A DNA stretch of 32,000 bases from Propionibacteriaceae bacterium (GCA_031256725.1 JAIRQE010000021.1:90001-122000), one strand, 5' to 3'; shown: positions 1 through 7,523, counted from the stretch's first letter. The notes: generated by a model not told the origin, from the letters alone. Numbers and translations: made by a program.

Positions 1-640
1 AGGGATCCAGGAAGTCTGCACAGAAGTCGGAGATGAGCTGAGCAAGTTCTGCCGGGTGGGTCTTCAAAAGATTGGGGTCCGTACCAGGCAGGAGACGTTT
101 GGTCGCTTTGGCCTGCGCAATGAGATGCTCAGCGCTGGCACGACCCATGGGATCACCATCGGCTGCGATCGTGAGCGTTGGGGTTGCGAGCCCAGACAGA
201 TCGACTCCCATATCTGATTCGGCTAGGGCCCCAAGGGCCGCAACGACATGCTCTTTCGAGATCTGTTTGAAGAGCATCGATGGGGTGAGTCGTGCCATCC
301 ATAGTTGGCGGGATAGGGTGGCTTGGGCTGGGATCATCGGCGTCGAGATGAGGACGGTGTGCCTGATTTTCTGTGGATATTTCATTGCGGTACGAAGGGC
401 GACAAGTCCACCAAGTGAGAACCCTACGAGATCTGCTTGGTCGACACCACGTACTTCCATGACATCAAGGATCGCTTCCACAGCCGAATCCATGTTGAAC
501 CCGTCATGCTCAGTGGGTTTCAACCCTTTGAGCCAGGGTGCCACCATCTGCTGATCCGGGTTGATGGCTCCGACCACATCCTGCCATACAGGAGGGGATT
601 GCCCAGGTCCATGAAGAAAGATCAGCAAAGGAGTGTCCAT
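1..640 (-). CDS. alpha/beta-fold hydrolase (C-terminus cut by window edge)
   Basis: Not in the supplied track because it runs off the left edge. The reverse complement from the ATG (rc of 638-640) reads MDTPLLIFLHGPGQSPPVWQDVV...QADLVGFSLGGLVALRTAMKYPQKIRHTVLIS...TLTIAADGDPMG... with no stop down to position 1. It has an HG oxyanion-hole motif and a G-F-S-L-G nucleophile elbow (GxSxG). The track ORF 72..554(+) is its antisense shadow. Confidence 0.8.
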   Translation of the reverse strand, partial: MDTPLLIFLHGPGQSPPVWQDVVGAINPDQQMVAPWLKGLKPTEHDGFNMDSAVEAILDVMEVRGVDQADLVGFSLGGLVALRTAMKYPQKIRHTVLISTPMIPAQATLSRQLWMARLTPSMLFKQISKEHVVAALGALAESDMGVDLSGLATPTLTIAADGDPMGRASAEHLIAQAKATKRLLPGTDPNLLKTHPAELAQLISDFCADFLDP

Positions 641-698
641 GGGTACCATCTTCTCACGTAGAGGGGAAATACCCAGTTTTAGTCTCGGTGGTGGGGTT

Positions 699-1961
699 AT
701 GTACAGTGGAGTTGTGAGTACTTCCCGACGAGCGACACCAGGTGAACCGAATTCCATCGCCACGAGGTACTCCGAACTCCAGTCAACCGGAATTGAGCTG
801 ACCGATCTCACGAACACAAATCCGACCAGATGTGGGCTCTTCGATCCAAGGATCCTAGAGGTTGTCAGCGACCATCTTCCCCAGGCGAGTACCTACCAAC
901 CGAGTCCTCGTGGCCCATGGCCGGCACGCGCTGCCCTAGCCGAGAGGTACGGTGGTAATCCAGACGACTATTGGCTGACCGCATCGACTTCGGAGGCCTA
1001 TAGTTGGCTGTTTACGATCCTCGCCGATCCGGGGGATTCTGTGGCGATCCCCAACCCTGGGTACCCTCTCATTGAGCCACTTGCCCGCCTCCAGTCGATC
1101 ACGGTACAGCCCTATCATTCCTTCTATGTACCCACAGGTTGGGAGGTTGACCTCGATTCCCTTTGCGCTGCTCTAGATGCACAGGTACAAGCGGTGGTCG
1201 CTGTACATCCGAATAACCCAACGGGGGCCTACTGTCCTGTGACGGTACCTCAGTTGGCCGCTGAGCATGGAATTCCACTTATAGCGGATGAGGTGTTTCT
1301 TCCCTATTTCCTTGGTGAGGGTGACCCTCCTCCACGCATTGGAGACTATCCCATCTCTTCTTTCGGTCATCCGGGAGTCCGTCCTGATCCAGTAGTCCTT
1401 CCCGGTCATCCTGCGCGTAAATCGCAGGATCCAGGCATCAACGACGCAGTCATATTCAGTCTTGATGGCTTATCGAAACTTCTCGCCGCTCCCCAACTCA
1501 AGCTGGGGTGGATTCGCTTGTCAGCCCCCATTCTTTCCCGTGAGAAATATGCCCAAGCACTCGATGCAATTGCTGACACCTATCTGTCAGTGAACACTCC
1601 AGTCGCTCTCGCATTACCGGATCTTCTCGACTTGGCTGAGTCGGTTGTACCCATGATTACGGCAAGACTCAGGGCAAATCTGGCAATAATCACTGAGACT
1701 TTCGGTCAAGAAAGAGTCCGTACAACGCACGGCGGGTGGATGGTACTTCTGGATGTACCACCGATGATGGAAGCTGAAGCTTTGTGCGTGGAACTCATGG
1801 AATTAGCGGGACTCTACGTTCACCCAGGGTACTTCTATGACCTGCCAGACTCGACCCTCGCGATCTCCCTCCTCCCGGAAACCCCCATCTTTGAGGAGTC
1901 ATGCATACGACTCAATGCGGCTCTTGTTGTTCTCGGAGAAAAGCTGAGAGGAATCCTTTAA
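699..1961 (+). CDS. PLP-dependent aminotransferase, class I/II fold
   Basis: Motifs present: HPNNPTGAY, ADEVF, and SLDGLSKLLAAPQLKLGWI (SK PLP-lysine motif). The track start at 633 would overlap the divergent hydrolase start at 640. ATG 699 (MYSGVVSTSRRA...) follows a G-rich SD-like GGTGGTGGGG at 685-694. Confidence 0.85.
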   Translation: MYSGVVSTSRRATPGEPNSIATRYSELQSTGIELTDLTNTNPTRCGLFDPRILEVVSDHLPQASTYQPSPRGPWPARAALAERYGGNPDDYWLTASTSEAYSWLFTILADPGDSVAIPNPGYPLIEPLARLQSITVQPYHSFYVPTGWEVDLDSLCAALDAQVQAVVAVHPNNPTGAYCPVTVPQLAAEHGIPLIADEVFLPYFLGEGDPPPRIGDYPISSFGHPGVRPDPVVLPGHPARKSQDPGINDAVIFSLDGLSKLLAAPQLKLGWIRLSAPILSREKYAQALDAIADTYLSVNTPVALALPDLLDLAESVVPMITARLRANLAIITETFGQERVRTTHGGWMVLLDVPPMMEAEALCVELMELAGLYVHPGYFYDLPDSTLAISLLPETPIFEESCIRLNAALVVLGEKLRGIL

Positions 1962-2022
1962 TCACCAAATTCCAACACAGGACACTAGTAGAATTGCCGT
2001 GGCCCAACCAAGGAGGCACCCT

Positions 2023-2910
2023 ATGGAGATGACGAGTAGTGTTCACGATACCGCGCTGATTTTTGAGGGTGGGGGGATGAGAGGGGCGTACACCGCTGCT
2101 ATCGTGGCCTTCCTGCTCAACCAGGGGATCCACTTCGATTATGTAGCGGGAATCTCATCTGGCAGTTCCAACACCGTGAACTACATCTCCCGTGATGCCG
2201 TACGCGCTCGGAAGTCTTTTGTCGACTTCGCTGGTCATCCCAAACTCGGCTCGTGGAAAACCTGGATCCAGGGCAAGGGGATGTTTAATGCAAAGCATAT
2301 CTACGAAGAGGCGCCCATGCCTGATGGCCCCCTACCCTTCGATTATGAGACCTTCATGGCCAACCCCGCCCGCTGGCGGCTCGGCTCCTTTGACGCGGAA
2401 GCGGGCGAGACGGTGTACTGGTCGCGCGAAGACATCCGTGACCGCGTAGACCTCATGAGACGGGTCTGGGCTTCGTCGGCCATCCCTTTGATGATGCCTT
2501 CGGTTACCCTTGATGGCAAAATGTACGTTGATGGCGCGCTGGGGTACGGCGGCGGAATCCCCCTAGGCATCGCCCAACAAGAGGGGTTCACCAAATTTTT
2601 CGTGGTACTGACCCAGGAGCGTTCCTACGTCAAACCCAGGTACAAGGGAGGTAGCTTCATGCGGGCCTTCTACCGCAAACACCCTGCCGTCGCTGATGGT
2701 GTCATGGGTCGTAACGCCAAGTACAACGCCACTCGCGAAGAACTCAAGGATTTGGAGCGTGATGGGCATGCCTACCTGATCTTCCCCGAAGAGATGAAGG
2801 TTGCCAATAATACCCGCGACGTTACGGCTTTGGGGGAATGCTATGACCAAGCTCTCACCCAAGCCGAGAGGGAGTACCCCCACTGGCGTGAATTCCTGGG
2901 GATCTCGTGA
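2023..2910 (+). CDS. patatin-like phospholipase family protein
   Basis: Motifs present: FEGGGMRGAYTAA glycine-rich oxyanion loop, G-I-S-S-G (GxSxG) serine and YVDGALG (DGA/G aspartate). AAGGAGG at 2010-2016 lies 6 nt before ATG 2023, so the GTG 1999 start in the track is unlikely. Confidence 0.85.
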   Translation: MEMTSSVHDTALIFEGGGMRGAYTAAIVAFLLNQGIHFDYVAGISSGSSNTVNYISRDAVRARKSFVDFAGHPKLGSWKTWIQGKGMFNAKHIYEEAPMPDGPLPFDYETFMANPARWRLGSFDAEAGETVYWSREDIRDRVDLMRRVWASSAIPLMMPSVTLDGKMYVDGALGYGGGIPLGIAQQEGFTKFFVVLTQERSYVKPRYKGGSFMRAFYRKHPAVADGVMGRNAKYNATREELKDLERDGHAYLIFPEEMKVANNTRDVTALGECYDQALTQAEREYPHWREFLGIS

Positions 2911-3061
2911 GTCTTCCTGAATGGATCAAGGAAATAGTCAACATTTCTTGACCTTGTTTATATCTTGTAGCTAAGGTGTTGAACGTTGTCAACAATGAGT
3001 TTTCTGGCACCTTTTTTGGCCAAGCCATGGTTCACCATCGCAGAAGTGGTCTCGGTTTATC

Positions 3062-3703
3062 TCAATTGGAGATCGTTGCAATGGGATGCCGGATGATGGT
3101 TTTGAGTTTCTCGGGGGCCGTCTTTCGGGGGTCACCAAGATAGATCTCGTGGTGTCGTCGTGTAGCTGAGATGTCTAAACGATAACCAGAGTCACTGATG
3201 AACCTGTTCAGGGTTGCGATGCTGCGTGGCTCATCATCATAGGGCCCGATATGCAGAATCTGGGCGCAGAGTCCCTCATAGAACTCAGTGAGGCGAGCCC
3301 GGGAAACATCAAGTCCCTTCTTGACTGACACCTTCTCTTGGGCAGCAGCGAAGACCTCATCGGTTACAAACTTGGGTTGGCCGATCATTGCTGTCCATTG
3401 GAACTCATTCTTACGATCCAGTACAGACCCATCAAAGTCATCACCCAGGGACCACAGTCCCTCCAGTGGCGCCACGACGTACTCGTAATATCCTTCAGGC
3501 TTGTCAGGCCCCATTTTGCTCATCTTGATTGAGTACGACAACCCGTACAAAATCTCCAAAGCCGATGAATACTCAACTGAAGTATTAGGGTCCCCCTGCC
3601 CATCCACCATGATAAAGGCCATCGCTGGTACATCCACGACAGTTGGCGTAGTCGTAGGGGAGTACAAATCCTTACGTACCTTCTTGATGTCAACAGAGGT
3701 CAT
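3062..3703 (-). CDS. GyrI-like small-molecule-binding domain protein
   Basis: 213 aa. The N-terminus DLYSPTTTPTVVDVPAMAFIMVDGQGDPN and the C-terminus ILHIGPYDDEP...HHEIYLGDPRKTAPEKLKTIIRHPI match the pattern typical of GyrI-like (SOUL/AraC-effector-like) family members. Confidence 0.7.
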   Translation of the reverse strand: MTSVDIKKVRKDLYSPTTTPTVVDVPAMAFIMVDGQGDPNTSVEYSSALEILYGLSYSIKMSKMGPDKPEGYYEYVVAPLEGLWSLGDDFDGSVLDRKNEFQWTAMIGQPKFVTDEVFAAAQEKVSVKKGLDVSRARLTEFYEGLCAQILHIGPYDDEPRSIATLNRFISDSGYRLDISATRRHHEIYLGDPRKTAPEKLKTIIRHPIATISN

Positions 3704-3734
3704 AAACCAAGTTTAGTACTCCAGAGATCAAAGT

Positions 3735-3807
3735 GTCAGGGGACGTATCTCATGACACTGTGCCGTTCACGGTTGGCAGTACAGTGTCATGAGATACGTC
3801 CCCTGAC
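3735..3807. repeat. short-form palindromic repeat element (perfect 27-bp inverted repeat, 19-nt spacer)
   Basis: GTCAGGGGACGTATCTCATGACACTGT at 3735-3761 is the exact reverse complement of 3781-3807. A third partial arm (ACGTCCCCTG) lies at 3817-3826. The arm matches the element at 13134-13250 (GTGTC[A/G]GGGGACGTATCTC[A/C]TGACAC). Confidence 0.9.
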
Positions 3808-3843
3808 TAAAAGAAACGTCCCCTGCCCCAGACGAGGAAACGA

Positions 3844-4023
3844 TTAAATCAGACCAACAATCACCATGATGACGCCAAAGATGGTGACAAAGATTCCAAT
3901 GTTGCGTGTCTTCTTAACGGCTTCAGGCGACCCTCGAAGCTCCTTCTTTGTAGCAGTCTGTGGAGTAGCCAGCATGATAATGCCCATGATAAAGAAAACA
4001 ACACCAGCAATAATTGGCAACAT
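3844..4023 (-). CDS. small two-helix membrane protein (59 aa), hypothetical
   Basis: Below the 60-aa track cutoff. The rc reads MLPIIAGVVFFIMGIIMLATPQTATKKELRGSPEAVKKTRNIGIFVTIFGVIMVIVGLI*. It has two hydrophobic helices with a basic loop between them, and GAAGGGA lies 7 nt upstream of the ATG. Confidence 0.5.
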   Translation of the reverse strand: MLPIIAGVVFFIMGIIMLATPQTATKKELRGSPEAVKKTRNIGIFVTIFGVIMVIVGLI

Positions 4024-4124
4024 AATAAAGTCCCTTCACGTCGATGTGAACTATAAACCGATAATAAGTCTAGCGCCATTACCCATAACCAAGATCGAGT
4101 CCCACCAAGATCAATATCCGTCTT

Positions 4125-4225
4125 CTAAGGGGGTGGGGCACATCTGTTCCAAACCGTTCCCCCCGAGCGGAGGAGTCATGTCCGAATGGAAACGTGTTTG
4201 GAATAGATGTACCCCACCTCCTCAG
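4125..4225. repeat. long-form palindromic repeat element, diverged copy C
   Basis: GGTGGGGCACATCTGTTCCAAAC (4132-4154) pairs with GTTTGGAATAGATGTACCCCACC (4196-4218), 23 nt with 2 mismatches. The core CCGTTCCCCCCGAGCGGAGGAGT...GGAAAC aligns with copy B (9638-9744) at roughly three quarters identity by eye. Confidence 0.75.
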
Positions 4226-4303
4226 AAAACCAATCATAAACTCTAGATCCTGCGATTCCATTACGCTGCACGCAGGATGACGACGAAAAACAACCCTAGG
4301 AGG

Positions 4304-4455
4304 ACGGGAAAATAAAGCCCAAGTATGACGTGGTGTCAGGGGAAAAATGGCAGGTAAAGCGCAAGAGAAATAAATAACGACAGGTAAAGCTTCAGCACAG
4401 TGCAAGGAAAAAGCTCAGCAAAGCGTTAGGAAAATAACGACAGGCAAAGTGTAGG
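4304..4455. repeat. degenerate A-rich tandem repeats (about five units of 23-37 nt)
   Basis: Units: GGGAAAATAAAGCCC (4306), GGGAAAAATGGCAGGTAAAGCG (4340), AAATAACGACAGGTAAAGCT (4372), GGAAAAAGCTCAGCAAAGCG (4406) and GGAAAATAACGACAGGCAAAGTG (4429). AATAACGACAGG[T/C]AAAG occurs twice, about 60 nt apart. Confidence 0.6.
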
Positions 4456-4456
4456 A

Positions 4457-5215
4457 TTAACGCCCACGTAGAGCCGCACGCCCACCTTTAGCAGAAGGCA
4501 TAGGACCCTTGGGAATAGGCATTCGGGGACGTGACCCATCCAATGCTTTGAGTCGGGCCGCAATCTCGGTCACCTGGGATCCTTTTATTGCCTTGGGGAG
4601 CTTCTTAATGTACTTATCCAGCTTGGCCAAAGGTACCTGATTGTTGGCATCGCCCACGACGATACCCGTCACAGGTACAGAGTACTTGATTGCCTCGTGA
4701 CGCTTGATCTCAGTGGCAAGGAGTTCGCGTACACGACCGGGTTGCCCTTCACCAACGAGTACTATCCCAGCAGGTCCAACAACACGGTGAACGATATTTT
4801 GGTAGCGATCGAAGGCGATGACGGGTTGCTTGATCCAGGTCTTGCCTAGGAGGTTAAGTCCCACCTCGGCAGCACCGGCTTGACCCTCGTACCTCTTGAA
4901 CATGGCACCCTTGGCGCGCCAGGAGAGGACGTACATTGCAACGAGCAGGCCAGTGAGTACACCGAAGATCCACCACATCCACCAGGGATCAAGGAAGAGG
5001 GAGAGAATCCCACCCACAGCCAAAGAGAGGACGAACCCGCCGATGATCAACGGCATGAGTTGCTTGTCGAACTGCTTGGTGATCTTGAAGGCTTCAACGA
5101 ACTGGCGTCCGCGACCCCAGTCATTGGGGTCCTCAGAGTTCTTCTTGCGTTCCTTCTCTGCTTTGGCAGCAGCCTTTTGCTCTGCAGCAAGCTGTTTGGC
5201 GCGTTCGCTGGCCAT
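4457..5215 (-). CDS. DUF4191-type conserved actinobacterial membrane protein
   Basis: 252 aa. It has a lysine-rich N-terminus (AAEQKAAAKAEKERKK), two adjacent TM helices (LMPLIIGGFVLSLAVGGILSLF / WWIFGVLTGLLVAMYVL) and a soluble C-terminal domain. It lies directly downstream of sucB, as in other actinobacteria. GGAGGA precedes the ATG. Confidence 0.75.
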   Translation of the reverse strand: MASERAKQLAAEQKAAAKAEKERKKNSEDPNDWGRGRQFVEAFKITKQFDKQLMPLIIGGFVLSLAVGGILSLFLDPWWMWWIFGVLTGLLVAMYVLSWRAKGAMFKRYEGQAGAAEVGLNLLGKTWIKQPVIAFDRYQNIVHRVVGPAGIVLVGEGQPGRVRELLATEIKRHEAIKYSVPVTGIVVGDANNQVPLAKLDKYIKKLPKAIKGSQVTEIAARLKALDGSRPRMPIPKGPMPSAKGGRAALRGR

Positions 5216-5279
5216 GGTCCTCCGATGTTTGAACGGGTCGCGTTATGCGGAGAATAGTCTAACGAGGATGGCCCAGAAC

Positions 5280-7337
5280 TCAGAATTGGGCGCCGAAGTC
5301 GCCACCTTCCAAGCGCTCTTTGACCATGACGAGGAAGCGCGCTGCATCAGCACCATCCACCAAACGATGGTCATAGGAGAGCGAGAGGTACATCATGTCC
5401 CGGATCGCGATGATCTCACCGAGGCGAGGATCATCAACAACGACTGGTCGACGCTTGATGGAGCCCGTACCCAGGATTGCTACCTGGGGCTGGTTCACTA
5501 TTGGGGTGTCGAACAGGGTTCCCGCTGAGCCATAGTTGGTGATGGTGAAGGTACCACCTTGAAGCTCGTCGGGGGTGATCTCGTTACTGCGCGTACGGGC
5601 CGAAAGGTCGGCAATCTTCTTCGCCAAACCGCTGACGGTCAGGTCTCCAGCCGACTTGATGACTGGTACGAGCAACCCCTTGGGAGTGTCAACGGCGATG
5701 GCCAGATGTACTCCCTTGGGATAGACGATCTCGCCAGCTTCGGTATCCATCCGGGCGTTGACCTTCGGGTAGGCTCGCAGAGCCTCAATGGCGGCCTTGG
5801 CGATGAAGGGGAGGAAGGTCAGGGAGACACCCTCGCGAGCCTTGAAATCGTCTTTGACTTGGGAACGTAGTCGGGAGATCAGTGTGAGATCCACTTCGAC
5901 TGTCGCCGTCAATTGGGCCGAATTCTGGAGGGAGTCGACCATGCGACGGGCGATGGTTGCCCGCAAGCGTGAGATTTTCTCGGTTGAGCCCGAGATGGGG
6001 TGTTGTTCCCCACGCTCGGCTTCGAGTGCGATGTTGATGGATTCTAGGACGGCGACATCCTCAGAGTCATCCTTATCCTCCACCTCGTCAACAAGATCCT
6101 CCGCGGTCTCCTCGATATGTTCTTCCCGATCTTCGTCTTCAGGCATGTCATCCGAATCAAATTCATCAAGGTCAACCTCAGCGACTTCTTCGATCTCAGC
6201 AGCTTCTGCTTTCTGGGCATCCGTATCTTCCACGGATTCTTCCTCGACCTTTTCGTTTGAGTCTTCACCCTCAGCGTCCGTACCTTCAGCGTCTGCAACT
6301 TCGGGCTCCACAAGTCCAGTCTCAGCAAGGTCATCTTCGCTCGCCTCAGGTTGGTCCTCGGGGGCGATGAATTCAGGCATGTCAACCTGTTCTTTAGATT
6401 CTTCAACCTCGTCAACCTCAGACGTGGCCACGGGTACATCTGGCTGTACCTCTTCAACCAAGTCGGGTTCACTCGGATCAGGTGTACCGGCTGCATCCAA
6501 CACATCCTGTTTGCGGATGCGCCCACCCACACCAGACCCAACCAGGGTGTTCAAGTCGACACCAGTTTCTTCAGCAAGTTTACGAACCAGAGGTGTGACG
6601 TACACAGAGGATCCAATAGATTCTGGGATCCCATGCTGGGCGATTGACGAAACTTGGGGTGAGGGTACGATCCCTAGAACCTCAGCGACGGGAGCTTGTG
6701 GAACGACAACAGTTCGCGGGTCTTCCTCCAACTCGGGTTCTTCAACCTCATCCACGGGTTCAGCCTGTACAGGTTCCGGAGCAGGAGCGGGAGTCGGTTC
6801 AGGAGCAGGAGCTGGCTCAGGCGCAGTCAACTCTGGTACAGGAGTTGGCTCGACCACAACTGGTACGACAGGAGTCTCGTTAGCGGGTACGGGCGCAGGG
6901 TTAGGAACAACCGGCTCCACCACAGGTACAGGCTCTGGCGTAACCGCAGGAACAGGCTCAACCACAGGAGCCGGCTCAACCACCACGGGTACCACTGGCT
7001 CAGGCTGAACAGGGGCCACCGGTGGTACCGGAACCTCAGGAGGGGTGTAGGGGGTGACAGTCGGAGGTATCTCAGCCACAGGGGCCGGTGCCTCGACGGA
7101 GGCGTCCCCAATGATTGCCAGGACTGTGCCAACGACGACAGTCTCGTCCTCGTGTACACGGATCGCTGTGAGCACACCTGCAACTGGTGATGGGATCTCG
7201 GTGTCCACTTTGTCTGTACTGATCTCCACCAAAGGTTCGTCGCGGACGACCGTATCCCCGACTTTCTTCAGCCAACGCGAGACCGTACCTTCGACGACGG
7301 ATTCGCCTAGTACAGGCAGGGTCACTTCATGAGACAT
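5280..7337 (-). CDS. sucB: dihydrolipoyllysine-residue acyl(succinyl)transferase, E2 of the 2-oxoacid dehydrogenase complex
   Basis: One lipoyl domain (MSHEVTLPVLGESVVEGTVSRWLKKVGD...ISTDKVDTEIPSP), a peripheral-subunit-binding domain (VYVTPLVRKLAEETGVDLNTLVGSGVGGRIRKQDVLDA) and a catalytic domain with SYDHRLVDGADAARFL. The start was set to ATG 7337 (AAGGAG 6-7 nt upstream). The track start at 7478 adds 47 non-homologous residues. Confidence 0.93.
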   Translation of the reverse strand: MSHEVTLPVLGESVVEGTVSRWLKKVGDTVVRDEPLVEISTDKVDTEIPSPVAGVLTAIRVHEDETVVVGTVLAIIGDASVEAPAPVAEIPPTVTPYTPPEVPVPPVAPVQPEPVVPVVVEPAPVVEPVPAVTPEPVPVVEPVVPNPAPVPANETPVVPVVVEPTPVPELTAPEPAPAPEPTPAPAPEPVQAEPVDEVEEPELEEDPRTVVVPQAPVAEVLGIVPSPQVSSIAQHGIPESIGSSVYVTPLVRKLAEETGVDLNTLVGSGVGGRIRKQDVLDAAGTPDPSEPDLVEEVQPDVPVATSEVDEVEESKEQVDMPEFIAPEDQPEASEDDLAETGLVEPEVADAEGTDAEGEDSNEKVEEESVEDTDAQKAEAAEIEEVAEVDLDEFDSDDMPEDEDREEHIEETAEDLVDEVEDKDDSEDVAVLESINIALEAERGEQHPISGSTEKISRLRATIARRMVDSLQNSAQLTATVEVDLTLISRLRSQVKDDFKAREGVSLTFLPFIAKAAIEALRAYPKVNARMDTEAGEIVYPKGVHLAIAVDTPKGLLVPVIKSAGDLTVSGLAKKIADLSARTRSNEITPDELQGGTFTITNYGSAGTLFDTPIVNQPQVAILGTGSIKRRPVVVDDPRLGEIIAIRDMMYLSLSYDHRLVDGADAARFLVMVKERLEGGDFGAQF

Positions 7338-7351
7338 GGGTACTCCTTTAG

Positions 7352-7365
7352 GCTCATATATGAGC
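7352..7365. promoter_or_regulatory. perfect 14-bp palindrome GCTCATATATGAGC in the sucB leader (candidate operator or RNA hairpin)
   Basis: The sequence is exactly self-complementary. It sits 2 nt upstream (in the sucB sense) of the sucB SD and 15 nt from the start codon, inside the sucB/SPFH divergent region. Confidence 0.25.
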
Positions 7366-7523
7366 AAGCCTACCGCCGGTTCAGGGGTTTGTGACACAAC
7401 CTCATGTGAGTTTGGACAGGAATTGCCCAAACAGAGACCGATTTGGTAGTGGGCGTCCTTCAATTTCGTCTGAATCAACTATCCTTGATAGAAAGAATTA
7501 TGGCTCGATATGAGAGGAACCAA

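Noticed and set aside
72-661. Track ORFs 72..554(+) and 437..661(+)
   Set aside because: They are the antisense shadow of the alpha/beta hydrolase, which reads cleanly on the - strand with its GxSxG motif.
2023-2910. Patatin-like lipase as a CBASS (CapV-type) or other defence effector
   Set aside because: There is no adjacent cyclase/CD-NTase, sensor or other defence partner. The flanking genes are an aminotransferase and a GyrI-like protein, and the gene stands alone. A housekeeping lipase is the simpler reading.
2964-2990. AAGGTGTTGAACGTTGTCAAC as a collapsed remnant of the repeat family, and a weak AT-rich hairpin at 2926-2951 as the patatin terminator
   Set aside because: The resemblance to the repeat terminus is limited to two short blocks (AAGGTGT, TGAAC). 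The hairpin is a 9-bp AT-rich stem with a bulge and no clear U-tract. Both are too weak to call.
4170-4246. Mini-ORF inside repeat copy C (GGAGGAG-gtc-ATG, MSEWKRVWNRCTPPPQKTNHKL) and an analogous TTG ORF in copy B
   Set aside because: The SD-like GGAGGAG is part of the conserved repeat core. The downstream reading frames differ completely between copies and the SD spacing is only 3 nt, so these are not conserved peptides.
3866-4405. Track ORFs 3866..4246(+), 3861..4079(-) and 4079..4405(-)
   Set aside because: They run through the repeat elements or lie antisense to the better-supported 59-aa membrane peptide. They have no motifs and poor start contexts.
4304-4455. A-rich repeats as a CRISPR array
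   Set aside because: The repeats are degenerate and irregularly spaced (23-37 nt). There are no unique spacers of constant length and no cas genes.
5788-7008. 406-aa ORF on the + strand (Ser/Thr/Gly-rich), plus other ORFs at 6044..6541(-), 6696..7190(+) and 6827..7183(-)
   Set aside because: They lie antisense to, or out of frame with, the low-complexity acidic and Pro-rich linkers of sucB. The absence of stops is a by-product of the GAN/CCN codon repeats. There are no domains and no SD.
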